64,000 bases of DNA from an uncultured Thermoplasmata archaeon (lineage in GTDB: Archaea > Thermoplasmatota > Thermoplasmata > RBG-16-68-12): assembly GCA_963768855.1 (NCBI GenBank), contig CAVYJM010000011.1, positions 363,331-427,330 on the forward strand, written 5' to 3'. Position 1 is the stretch's first letter. The number at the start of each line of letters is the position of its first letter. Below are positions 47,642 to 57,749 of the stretch, piece by piece. The position numbers were made by a program, and so were the translations under genes. The notes under the pieces are model-generated. The model searched no databases, had not been told where the DNA came from, and worked only from the letters and a program-made list of their open reading frames with translations.

Positions 47642-47878
47642 ATGCTTAGCAAGAGCAAAGTCTCAAAGGGCTACCTCACCGTGGTCCCGAAAGAAGTGCG
47701 CAAGGCCTCGCAGGTACAGGAAGGGGATATCCTCGAATGGTCGCTGGAGGGCGACAAGATCGTCGTCCGTCCTCGCCGGCGGCGGACCCTCGACGACATC
47801 ACCGGTCTCATCGCCCACGGCGGGGACGCGGTGTCCTCGAAGCGGACGGCCCAGAGGGGAGAACCTGATCCTCGCTGA
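47642..47878 (+). CDS. AbrB/MazE/SpoVT-family antitoxin
   Basis: SKVSKGYLTVVPKEVRK...EGDILEW..EGDKIVVRP. Confidence 0.88.
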   Translation: MLSKSKVSKGYLTVVPKEVRKASQVQEGDILEWSLEGDKIVVRPRRRRTLDDITGLIAHGGDAVSSKRTAQRGEPDPR

Positions 47879-48251
47879 TTCCTCGTACTTCGTGGCCCTG
47901 GCGGATGAGCGGGACCGGTGGCATCGGGACGCCCTCCGCGTCCGGGAGGAGGCGGGTCAGGAGTACCTGGTCCACGATCTCGTCGTCGCGGAGGCCGTGA
48001 CGATCGTGGGCTCCCGGCAGGGCTGCAAGCCCGCTCGGACGCTCTACGAGTACTTCACGGACGCCTGCGAGGTCGTCTTCGCGGACCGCGGCATCCTCGA
48101 GGACGCGATGGCCCTCCACCTCCGCTACGACGGATCCCTCTCTGTCGCGGACTGCGTGAGCCTCGCCCTCATGGAGCGGCGGGGGATCCGCACGATCGTC
48201 TCCTTCGACCGGGACTTCGACAAGGTCCGCGGCCTGCGGCGAATCCACTGA
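47865..48251 (+). CDS. vapC: PIN-domain (VapC-type) toxin
   Basis: ILADSSYFVAL, VVAEAVT, LSVADC and IVSFDRDFD. Apparent CTG start, or one missing T of a TTGA overlap. Confidence 0.85.
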   Translation: MILADSSYFVALADERDRWHRDALRVREEAGQEYLVHDLVVAEAVTIVGSRQGCKPARTLYEYFTDACEVVFADRGILEDAMALHLRYDGSLSVADCVSLALMERRGIRTIVSFDRDFDKVRGLRRIH

Positions 48252-48284
48252 CGGCTCGATCCTCGTTGTTCCCGTCCTCGCGGA

Positions 48285-48950
48285 TCAGTCCAAGTCCTCG
48301 TCGCGCAGGACGTTGCAGTAGCCCGACACGAACCGGCTGATCTCCCCCGACACGGGGTCGTAGCTGTGCCGCTCCGTGGTCCCGATGTCCCGTCCGTAGA
48401 CGTGGATGCTGTGGGACGGCCTCGCGGAGACGTTGTCGATCCGGTGGATCCCCGCCCGGCCGAGGGTGGTGACGTGCCCCTTCGCGCTGATCCGCTCGCT
48501 CGCGAGCACCAGGGTCGCCCTCTTCGGATCCGATCCGTCGTCCGTCCTCCGATAGATGGATTCCCGCTCCTCTCCTTCTTACACCCCGACGACCGCCCAG
48601 GTCAGATGGTCATGGATTGGAGTGGTCTGTCCCGGGGCCCAGTTCCCACCCGTGACGGAGAAGATCGCGTCCTTCGGTCGGTAGAGGAGGTTGTTCGCGA
48701 ACCGATCCTTCCGGGGTGCGAAGGCCTCCGAGGGGACCGATCCCGGGGTGCGAAGGAGCCGCTCCATTCGAGGTTGGAGACTCCGGAGCAACTCGGACTC
48801 GGAGGGGGAGGACCGGACGATCGCCTCGGCCTCCTCGGTGAAGCGCAGGAGCGAATATCCGTCCGAGCCGGTGGTCATGGGTCCGGACGACATGGCGAAG
48901 ATGAGCAAGGTCTTTTCGGTCCTCCGAAAACGCTCGGGTGTCTTTGTCAA
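48285..48950 (-). pseudogene. Cysteine-dioxygenase-like cupin with an in-frame TAA at 48579-48581
   Basis: W.PGQTTPIHDH, then VGV*EGEERE, continuing in frame to IHRIDN and SIHVYG. Confidence 0.8.
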
Positions 48951-49002
48951 GCCATGGGAGCTCGGGTCCTGCGATCTCCCGCCGGCCGCGTACCGCCCCG
49001 GC

Positions 49003-50283
49003 CTAGCGCTCGAGCTCCTTCGGTTCGTGGATCCGCAGGAGGACGAGGAAGGAGAGGACGAAGGGCGGCACGGCCGCCAGGAAGGGAAGGACGGGCGCGA
49101 TCGTGTACAGGTAGCCGCCGAGGATCCCGGCGGGGATCGACGCGAGCAGGGGGAAGGCGCTGAAGATCGCCATGATCCGGCCTCGGATGATGCGCGGGAC
49201 GATGTCCGCCTGGAGGGAGCTGAGGGGCGGTCCGAGGAGGGCGGTGCCCGTCCCGCTCACGACGCTCCAGGCGACGAGCTCGTCCACGTTCCTCGCGAGG
49301 GTGAAGAAGAACTGGTTCAGGGGCACGGAGAGGGAGGCGAGCACGACGGCGCGCTTGAGTCCTGCGTGTTCGGCGAGGGACGCGGCCGGGAAGAGGAGGA
49401 GGATGACCGCGATGGAGGTCATGCCGACGAGGAAGCCGAACGCCACGGGCGAGACGTGGACGTCCTGCACGAGGTAGAGGATCGAGAAGGAGGACGTCAG
49501 GCCGACCCCAAAGGCGCTGAGGACGGCGTAGTCCAGGAGGAGGTGCACCTCCCGCCCGGACTCGCGGAGGGCGGCGCGGCTCTCCCGCAGCAGGGAGCGT
49601 GCGAACTGCCCGAACGAGACGCGCACCCGGATTACGTGGGTCTCCTCGAGCTGGAGGGCGCGCCACGTGATCCCGACGATCCCGAAGGCCCCGCTCAGGA
49701 AGAACGCGATCCGCAGGCCCGGGACGTCGCCGAGGGAGGCGATCAGGACGCCTCCGAGGTACGGGCCGAAGACGGAGGGGATCGAGCTGATCACGGAGAA
49801 GGAGGCGATCCCGCGCGGGCGCAGGCTCGGCTCGAGGGACTCGGAGAGGGCTGTGCTGAAGAGCGGGCCGTAGATGCCCGCGACGGACCCGACGACGATG
49901 GGGACGAAGAGCCACGAGGCGTCCGGAAGGGCCGCGAGGATGAAGCCGTTCGCCACGCTCAGGAAGCTGAAGACGACGATTGTCCGCTTGCGGCCCCAGA
50001 CGTCGCCGACGTAGCCTCCGACGATCTGCACGACGGCGATGATCGCGGACGACAGGGCGGCGAGGTAGCCGATGAAGACGACGGACGCGCCGAGGTCGTA
50101 GAAGTAGAGGCTCTGGAACGGGGTGCTCATCGCGCCGCCGATGGACCAGACCGTCGCGGTCGCCGTGAGGATCCACGCGTTGCGCGGGAGGTAGAAGGCT
50201 CCCCGGAGGCGCGCCCAAGGATGCCCGCGCCGCGCGGCCGCGGCGGCATCCTCGGGACGGGTGACGATGCCTCCGTTCCTCAT
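49003..50283 (-). CDS. MFS transporter
   Basis: GGYVGDVWGRKR (motif A-like) and about 12 TM segments. Confidence 0.9.
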   Translation of the reverse strand: MRNGGIVTRPEDAAAAARRGHPWARLRGAFYLPRNAWILTATATVWSIGGAMSTPFQSLYFYDLGASVVFIGYLAALSSAIIAVVQIVGGYVGDVWGRKRTIVVFSFLSVANGFILAALPDASWLFVPIVVGSVAGIYGPLFSTALSESLEPSLRPRGIASFSVISSIPSVFGPYLGGVLIASLGDVPGLRIAFFLSGAFGIVGITWRALQLEETHVIRVRVSFGQFARSLLRESRAALRESGREVHLLLDYAVLSAFGVGLTSSFSILYLVQDVHVSPVAFGFLVGMTSIAVILLLFPAASLAEHAGLKRAVVLASLSVPLNQFFFTLARNVDELVAWSVVSGTGTALLGPPLSSLQADIVPRIIRGRIMAIFSAFPLLASIPAGILGGYLYTIAPVLPFLAAVPPFVLSFLVLLRIHEPKELER

Positions 50284-50404
50284 CCGGGATCCTCCGGCCG
50301 CGCGCCGACCGTTCGTGCGACGCGGCCTATTCAAAGGTGTCGTCCTTATTCACCGGAACCGGAATGGGGCGGATCTCCGGTCGCGTCGTCTCGATTGGCG
50401 CGGA

Positions 50405-50875
50405 CTAGGCCGGCGGGGGAGGAGCCGGTTCGGGCTCGGCTAGCGATTCCGTGCTCGGGCTCGGCGGTGGCGGGATTTCCAGCGGCGCGGGCTCGGCCTT
50501 CATGGGTTCGGGTTTCGGTGAGTGGGCTTCGACCCAGGTGCGGGTCGATGCGATTCCAACGCCCAGTCCGGAACGGAATCCCGAACGGTGCCCGGCGCAG
50601 TACGTCAGGTAGGCGAGGGTCGCCGCGAATCCCCCGAATCCGATGAACGGTTTGAGGACGTCCGGCGGCCAGGGTTGCCAGAGCGGGCGGAACAGGTCGA
50701 TGTAGATCCCGGCCCGGGCGAGCGTGGTCAGGACGCCCATGAGGACGAGCGGGAGTCCGAACACGAGGAGGAGGACCCAAGCGCCTCGCAGGGGGCGTTC
50801 ATTCGGAGGTTTCCGGGGGCGTCGATGGTCGAAGGAGATGGGGTGCCGAGCCACCGGATGCTTGGGGGCGGCCAT
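50405..50875 (-). CDS. Hypothetical 2-TM protein with a Pro-rich tail
   Basis: Two hydrophobic segments. Start inferred at ATG 50875. Confidence 0.55.
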   Translation of the reverse strand: MAAPKHPVARHPISFDHRRPRKPPNERPLRGAWVLLLVFGLPLVLMGVLTTLARAGIYIDLFRPLWQPWPPDVLKPFIGFGGFAATLAYLTYCAGHRSGFRSGLGVGIASTRTWVEAHSPKPEPMKAEPAPLEIPPPPSPSTESLAEPEPAPPPPA

Positions 50876-51396
50876 GCTGGCGGCGGACCGGGTCGAGGGT
50901 GGGATAAAGCCCGCGGCGACGCTATCAGCGACGATAACCTCCTTTCGCAGGCTACTGGGGGAGGGGACGGCGTTCCTCGAGGAGATTGGGTCCGAGGTGC
51001 ACGAAGGGAGGGTCGAGCTGACGAGAGCGGACCGAGGGGCGCTGGCGGACCATCCGAACTGCTCCGACCTGATTGTCCAAGGAGGGGACAAGAGGCGCGC
51101 CATCGGCAACCCATGGCCACTTCGAGGAATGTGGGACCGGGCGGGGGACAGCCTGAATGCCCCAGGCCGATGCCTATGACCCTCTGCCCGCCCATACGGG
51201 GTCGGGGAGGGAATCATCCGCGATCTACGCTGCCACTGTGGCCATGGGTTCGACCAGCACCTGGACAACGATGAGTGTCATGAGGCGGATTGCTCCTGCC
51301 TCCACTTCGTAATTGACTGGGCCGTCGAGGACGAGATTTACGCTTAGGGCGTAGAAAGGGGAAGAGGCCCGCCCGTTCGGACGGGCCTTCTGCGAT

Positions 51397-52575
51397 TCAG
51401 GCTCCAATCGTGATGCTGGCCGATCGGGTGCCCCCGATTCGATCCGTGTAGCTGTAGGCGGGATAGTCCGGCCACCAGGGGCCGAGCGAGCCCGATACGA
51501 GGCCGGTGGCGGTTACCGCGAAGGAGGAGGGGCCCGGGGCGCTTCCGGCCTGCACTTCCCAGCTCACGGTCACCGCCTGGCCTGCGGCCAGGGTCCCCTT
51601 CGTGGTTGCGATGGGGCTCCCCAGGAGGACCAGACCCGTCCCGACTCCCAGGCGGATCTGGACCCCGGAGGCGGGGAACGTCGGGAAGTTCGTGGAGCCG
51701 AAGGGCGCGAGCACGGGGTACGTGACCGTGGCCGTGACGGTGAAGGCCTTCCCCGGAGCGACCGTGGCCGGGGCGCTCATCCGCACGTTCCACGGAGTCA
51801 CGAGCACGGCTCCGTACGCCAGGCCGGGGACTCCCCAAATCGTGGTGGGCGCCCGCCACGTGGTCAGGAAGTCCGCGTAGGTCATGTTGAACGTGCCGAA
51901 GTCCGTGTCCCAGGCGCTCGAGTTGGCGAACCCGGACGTCGAACCCTGGTAGTTCATGTCGTTCTTGAACTGTCGGGACCATGGGTCGAGCATCATGAGG
52001 ACCCCCTTCGTGTCGTCATAACCGACGACGACCCGATAGTGGAAGGCGAGATCCCCCTGGGCCGTCCCGGGCAACCAGTAGACGAGCACGATCACGGGCC
52101 ACCCCTGGGCCAGGATCGCCTTGAGCTGGCCGAGCCAGGGCGCCGTCGAGGCGTAGTAGAAGCCCGCGTACCCCAGGGATCGCTCCTGGAAGCCCGTCGT
52201 GATCCCTTTCGTGAATCGATCGCCGGCCGTCGTGCTGAGGTTGCTGAACTGGGCCGCCCGCGCCATGTCCGGGAGGGAGGTCCCCCGCGTCCGGGCCGCG
52301 TCGTAGATTTCCATTTGATCAATGATGGGGCCGTAGTGGGCGAACACCATCTGCAACGAGGCCGCCCCGCATCCCGAGGCGTCGATCTGCTGGAAGAGCG
52401 GAATTCCCTGAATCCTGGTGCTCGGCGGGATTGCCTGAGATGCCGCCACCGTGGGAAGGAGCAAGATCAGCCCAACGACGACGGATAGACACGCACCCGT
52501 GTGCCTCCACAATCTGCGATTGTCATACGTCAGGTCCTTTGCCTCCGTTCCGACAAAACCCCTCAACCGAGGCAT
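51397..52575 (-). CDS. Secreted C39-like cysteine peptidase with a C-terminal Ig-like domain
   Basis: Signal-like hydrophobic segment, QQIDASGCGAASLQM (Cys) and HYRVVVGYD (His/Asp). Confidence 0.85.
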   Translation of the reverse strand: MPRLRGFVGTEAKDLTYDNRRLWRHTGACLSVVVGLILLLPTVAASQAIPPSTRIQGIPLFQQIDASGCGAASLQMVFAHYGPIIDQMEIYDAARTRGTSLPDMARAAQFSNLSTTAGDRFTKGITTGFQERSLGYAGFYYASTAPWLGQLKAILAQGWPVIVLVYWLPGTAQGDLAFHYRVVVGYDDTKGVLMMLDPWSRQFKNDMNYQGSTSGFANSSAWDTDFGTFNMTYADFLTTWRAPTTIWGVPGLAYGAVLVTPWNVRMSAPATVAPGKAFTVTATVTYPVLAPFGSTNFPTFPASGVQIRLGVGTGLVLLGSPIATTKGTLAAGQAVTVSWEVQAGSAPGPSSFAVTATGLVSGSLGPWWPDYPAYSYTDRIGGTRSASITIGA

Positions 52576-52723
52576 CCCGCAGGGACGGCTTCACCCTTCT
52601 GTACGTACTCTGCGCTTGGACACGCGGGCGGGGGCACCCGCGGCCGCTCGCGCTCTCGAGCCAGTGGATCCATCGCCTCGCGGGTCCATCAAGGAACGAT
52701 TGGATCCTCAAGGCCGCGAACCT

Positions 52724-53590
52724 TCAGGCCGTCAAACCGGTTTCCCGTGCGCACGCGTCCCAGAGTTGTTGAGCCAACGTGCGATCATACGACAAATCGG
52801 AGGAGGGGATTTCCTTCCTTCGGTAGAAGTAGCGTCCCGTCGTCCCCGCGACCTCGGGCGCGCTCGCGAGGTACACCAGGGTATCCGCGCCCTCCGCCGA
52901 GCTGACGCCGAACCCCTGGCTCAGAAGCCGAATCGCACCCCGGTAGACGGCTCCATTGTTCCAACCGAAGTGAGACGCGACGAATCCGGGATGGTAGGCA
53001 TTGACCGTGACCGCTCCGCCGGGGACGCGACGCGCGAATTCGTAGGTGAGGAGCTGGAGCGCGAGTTTGGACCGTCCGTACGCCTGGAAACCACGGTACC
53101 TCCGACGTTCCTGCAGGTCCTCGAGGTTCAGCTTGGCTCGTTCATGGGCCGCCGAAGACGTGTTGATTACCCGGGACGGCGCGGACGCTTCGAGTCGGTC
53201 GAGAAGGATCGTTGTCAGGAGGAACGGGGAGAGGACGTTGAGGGCAAACGTCATCTCGAGGCCTTCCGACGACTCGTGTCGCCTCGCGAAGTAGGCGCCG
53301 GCATTGTTTGCGAGGACATCGATTCGGGGATAGCGGTCCTTCAGCTCGGCGGCGAGACGACGAACCTCGGCCAGGGACGAGAGATCGGCGACCGCTGTCT
53401 CGACGACCGCGTTGGCCATCGAGCCTCGGATCTCTTCGGCGATGGATTGGCAGCGGAGCTGGTCGCGGCCTACGACGACCACGCGAGCCCCTCTCTGGGC
53501 GAGCGCCCGGGCGGCCGCCGCCCCGATGCCGGAGGTGGCCCCTGTCACGACGCAGGTCTTGCCAATCATCGGTCCGTCCGCGGCGGCCAT
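52724..53590 (-). CDS. SDR family oxidoreductase (retinol-dehydrogenase-like)
   Basis: TGATSGIG, NNAG and YGRSK. Confidence 0.92.
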   Translation of the reverse strand: MAAADGPMIGKTCVVTGATSGIGAAAARALAQRGARVVVVGRDQLRCQSIAEEIRGSMANAVVETAVADLSSLAEVRRLAAELKDRYPRIDVLANNAGAYFARRHESSEGLEMTFALNVLSPFLLTTILLDRLEASAPSRVINTSSAAHERAKLNLEDLQERRRYRGFQAYGRSKLALQLLTYEFARRVPGGAVTVNAYHPGFVASHFGWNNGAVYRGAIRLLSQGFGVSSAEGADTLVYLASAPEVAGTTGRYFYRRKEIPSSDLSYDRTLAQQLWDACARETGLTA

Positions 53591-53866
53591 GTCCGCTCCT
53601 GTGCAGCCTGCGGTTCTACTTGAACCGTGTCCCTTTTTCCAAGGTCGCTTCCCATAGGCTCGCCGGTCAGCGGGGGGAAGGGTCCGAACCTGGACGGATG
53701 CGAACCCGCCCCCTCCGTGCACGCCTTATCGGATTCGATCCCTCGGGGTTCTCGGGAGGACTCACGGCCCGTGCGCGGAGTGCCGAGTTGACAAAACGGA
53801 GAAGGTCTCGGAACGGATGTCCTACCGTTCACCAGATCGCTGGAGATACTGGGATGGGATGGTTCG

Positions 53867-55015
53867 ATGAAGTCGCTGCTGAACGATGCCTTGGCTCGGC
53901 ACCAAGAGGCCCAGGCACGGGATGAGAAGGAGAAGACGGCCACGGAGCAGGCTCAGGTCGCGGGGATAAAGGCCGCCGAGGACCAAGAGATCGAGCAGAT
54001 CGTCAAGTCGCTGGATGTCTCCATCAGAATTGTCGGCTGTGGCGGCGGCGGCTCGAACACGATTGACCGCTGCAGCGAGGCAGGCATCACCGGCGCGCAG
54101 CTTTGCGCGGTCAACACGGACGCGAAGCACCTCCTGTCCGTCCACGCTCCGAAGAAGATCCTCATCGGCAAGCGGATCACGAAGGGGCTCGGTGCCGGCG
54201 CGCTCCCCGAGGTCGGCGAGCAGGCCGCCCGCGAGAACGAGGCAGAGATTCATGGCTTCGTCCGCGGCGCCAACATGGTCTTCATCACGGCGGGGATGGG
54301 CGGCGGCACAGGGACGGGGTCCGCATACTACGTGGCCCAATTGGCCAAGGAAGAAGGCGCCCTCACGATGGGCTTCGTCACGATGCCGTTCAAGTCCGAG
54401 GGCCGCATCCGCATGGAGAACGCGGAGGCCGGCCTGGACAAGCTGCGGAAGTTCTGCGATACGACGATCGTCATCTACAACGACAAGCTCCTCGAGCTCG
54501 TGCCACGGCTTCCGATCAACGCCGCTTTCAAGGTGGCGGATGAGATCCTCATGCAGTCCCTCAAGGGCCTCACGGAGATCATCACCAAGCCCGGGCTCGT
54601 GAACCTCGACTACGCCGACTTGGTAACGATCATGAAGGGCGGCGGGGTCGCGATGATCGGCATCGGCGAGAGCGGCGACGAGCGCGACCGCGTCGAAAGC
54701 GCGGTCAAGGAGGCCCTCGAGAGCCCGCTGCTCGGCGAGGCGGACCTGAGTCACGCTCGCGGAGCCCTCGTGCGCGTCGTCGGCGGACCCGACCTGACCG
54801 TCTCGGAGGCGGAGAAGGCCGCCGAGCTCGTCGGGCAGAAGGTCAACCCGGAGGCGCGGATCATCTGGGGATGCTCCGTCGAGCCGGACCTCGCGAAGGC
54901 GGTCCAGGTCTTGCTCGTGATTACAGGCGTCAAGTCGAAGTCTTTGCTCGGCAAGGACGTGTACACGGGTGCTGTGAAGGTCCCCGGCTCCTCCGACGTG
55001 GACGAAGTACGTTGA
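53867..55015 (+). CDS. ftsZ: Cell division protein FtsZ (archaeal)
   Basis: [14 protein letters not shown], tubulin signature GGGTGTG and T7 loop NLDYAD. Confidence 0.96.
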   Translation: MKSLLNDALARHQEAQARDEKEKTATEQAQVAGIKAAEDQEIEQIVKSLDVSIRIVGCGGGGSNTIDRCSEAGITGAQLCAVNTDAKHLLSVHAPKKILIGKRITKGLGAGALPEVGEQAARENEAEIHGFVRGANMVFITAGMGGGTGTGSAYYVAQLAKEEGALTMGFVTMPFKSEGRIRMENAEAGLDKLRKFCDTTIVIYNDKLLELVPRLPINAAFKVADEILMQSLKGLTEIITKPGLVNLDYADLVTIMKGGGVAMIGIGESGDERDRVESAVKEALESPLLGEADLSHARGALVRVVGGPDLTVSEAEKAAELVGQKVNPEARIIWGCSVEPDLAKAVQVLLVITGVKSKSLLGKDVYTGAVKVPGSSDVDEVR

Positions 55016-55271
55016 CGCGCTCGTCCCGTAGCCTCCGGCGGTTTCCATTGCGTCCGGGAACGGCGGCTTACAACGGCAGAGGCTGAACGGAACGGGACAA
55101 TCGACGGCCGATGAGGGTGCCCCCGCTGCGTTCGTTCCCCGAACGGCCAGAATGGCTATGCCGCAAAAGGGGAAGAGCCCCGCGCCATCCGGTCGACGGT
55201 AGATAGCGACTCGCCCATCGGCTACGCGAAGTCTCCGCGCACGCGATCGAGGAGCCGTTGCTTCCGTGGGC

Positions 55272-55385
55272 CTCAGGAGTCTTGCGGGAAGGCCTTCGGG
55301 TCGAGGTACGCGATTCCCCCGCTCCTCGGCTTCCGGTGATCGCCCCAGGTGTCCATGACATTCGTCCGCCCGGCGTCGCAGATCC
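55272..55385 (-). repeat. Dispersed element, copy C
   Basis: 17-nt identity (55294-55310) to copies A and D. Translates as ICDAGRTNVMDTWGDHRKPRSGGIAYLDPK. Confidence 0.75.
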
Positions 55386-55471
55386 CGCCGAGGCGCCGGC
55401 TCAGGTCGTGCCGTTACCCTCCAACGTCCTCGCCTTTTTCTCCCAGATCAAGACGAAATGGGGTGGAAGGT

Positions 55472-56284
55472 CTACGTCACGAGCCTGCGGTACGCGCGGC
55501 CGCCAATCAGGAGGAGGACCACGTTGAAAGCGACCAAGACGCCGAAATCCATCGGCAGACCGTAGGACCCGATTCCCGGGACCACCATCATCACTCGGGC
55601 GGCGTCCACCATGTAGGTGAGCGGATTCACCACCGCGACGGGCTGCAGCCACGAGGGCATGATGCTGATGGGGTAGATCGCGGAGCTCGCAAAGAAGAGG
55701 GGCATGGTCAAGAGCTGGCCGATCCCCATGAACCGCTCGCGCGTCCTCACGAGGGCCGCAATGATCAAGGAGAAGGTGGCGAAGAGGGCGGCACCGAGGA
55801 AGACGATTACAATCACGCCGAGGAGCGCGAGGATACTCCAGTTGATATGAACTCCCAAGAGGAACGCGAGGGCGTAGATGACGACGACCTGGGACAGCGC
55901 GCGTACCCCGGCGGCGAGGGCCTTACCGAGGACCAGCGCGGTCCGGGGCGTTGGGGTCACCATGAACTTGTGGATGATGCCCAAATCCCGTTCCCAGATT
56001 GCGGCGATGCCGTAGAAGATCGCGACGAAGAGGACGCTCTGGGCGAGAATCCCCGGGGCGAGGAAGTCGAGGTAGGACGTGTAGCCGGTGGGGATGGCCT
56101 TCAGTTGGGCAAAGACCTCGCCGAAGACGACGAGCCACAGGGCCGGCTGGACCGCGCGGGTGAGCAGCTCCGTGGGGTCGTGCCGCAGTTTCTGGGCTTC
56201 CAACGCCACGATGGCCAGGGTCTTCCTCACGTACCTCTTGAGAATCGAGGGCAGGTCCACGAGCTGGTCGGCAATCCCGGGCAA
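55472..56284 (-). CDS. ABC-2 type exporter permease
   Basis: QPALWLVVFG, FLAPGILAQS, PLFFAS and NPLTY. TTG start inferred. Confidence 0.9.
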   Translation of the reverse strand: MPGIADQLVDLPSILKRYVRKTLAIVALEAQKLRHDPTELLTRAVQPALWLVVFGEVFAQLKAIPTGYTSYLDFLAPGILAQSVLFVAIFYGIAAIWERDLGIIHKFMVTPTPRTALVLGKALAAGVRALSQVVVIYALAFLLGVHINWSILALLGVIVIVFLGAALFATFSLIIAALVRTRERFMGIGQLLTMPLFFASSAIYPISIMPSWLQPVAVVNPLTYMVDAARVMMVVPGIGSYGLPMDFGVLVAFNVVLLLIGGRAYRRLVT

Positions 56285-56297
56285 CTGAACGTGCTCT

Positions 56298-57107
56298 TCA
56301 GCGAAGTCGCTGGGCAGTGCGCCGTGTTCTTGCAGCGTCACGGAAGGTACCTCCTGAGTCCATAACTCCACCCGAGTAATGGGAGAAGACTTCATCGAGG
56401 GTCGCGCGCTCCGCCCCGGTCTCCCGGGCGACGGCCGCCTCCAGCTCCTCGGGCGTCCCGAGGGCTGCCATCTTCCCGAGATGCATCACCGCGACGCGGT
56501 TGCAGAGCTTCTCGGCCTCGTCCATGTAGTGCGTCGTGACCAAGATCGTCGTGTTATATTGGTCGCGGAGGGCTCGGATATGGTCCCAGACGGCCTCGCG
56601 GGCCATGGGATCCAAGCCCACCGTCGGCTCGTCGAGGAAGAGGAGGCGCGGGCGGTGGATCATGGACTGGGCGATTTCGAGCCGACGAATCATGCCGCCC
56701 GAGTACGTGCGGACGAGACGGTCCGCGGCATCCGTCAACCCCATCATATCGAGGGAATCCCGCACGCGCGCCTTGACCTCCCCCGGGGGGATGTCGTACA
56801 GCCGGGCGAAGACGAGGAGGTTCTCGTAACCGGTCACGCTCCCGTCGGCGGAGAGCAGCTGGGGGACGTACCCGATGCTCCGCCGGACATCGGTCGCACG
56901 GCGCACGATGTCGTAGCCCGCCACGGTCGCCGAGCCGGCGGTCGGCGGGAGGAGGGTCGCGAGCATCTTGATGACCGTCGTCTTGCCGGCGCCGTTCGGC
57001 CCGAGGAGGCCGAAGGTCTCCCCCGCGGCGACGGAAAGCGTGAAATCGTCCACGGCGGTCAGCCCGTTGAACCGCTTGGTCAGGCCGCGTGTCTCTAAGA
57101 CGGGCAC
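56298..57107 (-). CDS. ABC exporter ATP-binding protein (DrrA-like)
   Basis: GPNGAGKTT, YSGGM and LFLDEPT. Confidence 0.95.
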   Translation of the reverse strand: MPVLETRGLTKRFNGLTAVDDFTLSVAAGETFGLLGPNGAGKTTVIKMLATLLPPTAGSATVAGYDIVRRATDVRRSIGYVPQLLSADGSVTGYENLLVFARLYDIPPGEVKARVRDSLDMMGLTDAADRLVRTYSGGMIRRLEIAQSMIHRPRLLFLDEPTVGLDPMAREAVWDHIRALRDQYNTTILVTTHYMDEAEKLCNRVAVMHLGKMAALGTPEELEAAVARETGAERATLDEVFSHYSGGVMDSGGTFRDAARTRRTAQRLR

Positions 57108-57111
57108 CGGC

Positions 57112-57579
57112 TCACCTCCCCGCGGACGCGGTCACGGTCTGGGAAGGCACGAACAGGGGTCGGAGGATGTCCATGGCCCTGCTGACCTCCGACCTCTCGT
57201 CTCCGGAGAGGGATCCGAGCATCTCCGCCAACCGCGTGAGGGCGCCCTCCCGTGCGGTCCGCACGAGGTCGCGGCCCGCGGCCGTGATCCGGAGGACCAT
57301 CCGCCGGCGGTCCGCCGAGGAGTCCTCGCGGGTGAGGAGCCCGCGGTCCACGAGCCCGTCGACGAGGCGCGACATGGCGGGCAGGGTCAGGCCCACCCGT
57401 TCCGCGACGTCCGAGAGGGAACCGCCGGGCCTCCGTTCGAGGAAGGTCAGGACGCGGAACTGGGGCACGGAGATGTTCAGGGACCGGTGGCGGCGCATCT
57501 CGGTGCGTATGAACTGCATCACGGGGGGAACGGTCTCGAGGACTTGGCCCGCGCAGGCTTTGGGTGTCGATGCGCCCAT
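57112..57579 (-). CDS. MarR family regulator
   Basis: ISVPQFRVL, TLPAMSRLVDGLVDRGLL and DRRR...ITAAG. Confidence 0.9.
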   Translation of the reverse strand: MGASTPKACAGQVLETVPPVMQFIRTEMRRHRSLNISVPQFRVLTFLERRPGGSLSDVAERVGLTLPAMSRLVDGLVDRGLLTREDSSADRRRMVLRITAAGRDLVRTAREGALTRLAEMLGSLSGDERSEVSRAMDILRPLFVPSQTVTASAGR

Positions 57580-57580
57580 A

Positions 57581-57595
57581 GTTGCGATCAGCAAC
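57581..57595. promoter_or_regulatory. Palindromic MarR operator
   Basis: GTTGC-gatca-GCAAC immediately upstream of the MarR start. Confidence 0.7.
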
Positions 57596-57749
57596 CATTG
57601 TCTATTTGAATCTTCTGTACAAGCTTCCGACTTGGAGGCGGCGGGGGCCGGGCCAAGACGTAAGCGCGCCATCACACCTCGTCGATTCGGACGACCGCCC
57701 ACGAAAGTATTCGTAGGACGGCGCCGATTACCCGAGAGGGCATCGGCGA

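Noticed and set aside
48579-48581. Programmed recoding (Sec/Pyl) in the cupin gene
   Set aside because: The codon is TAA, not TGA or TAG, and Tyr is the expected residue.
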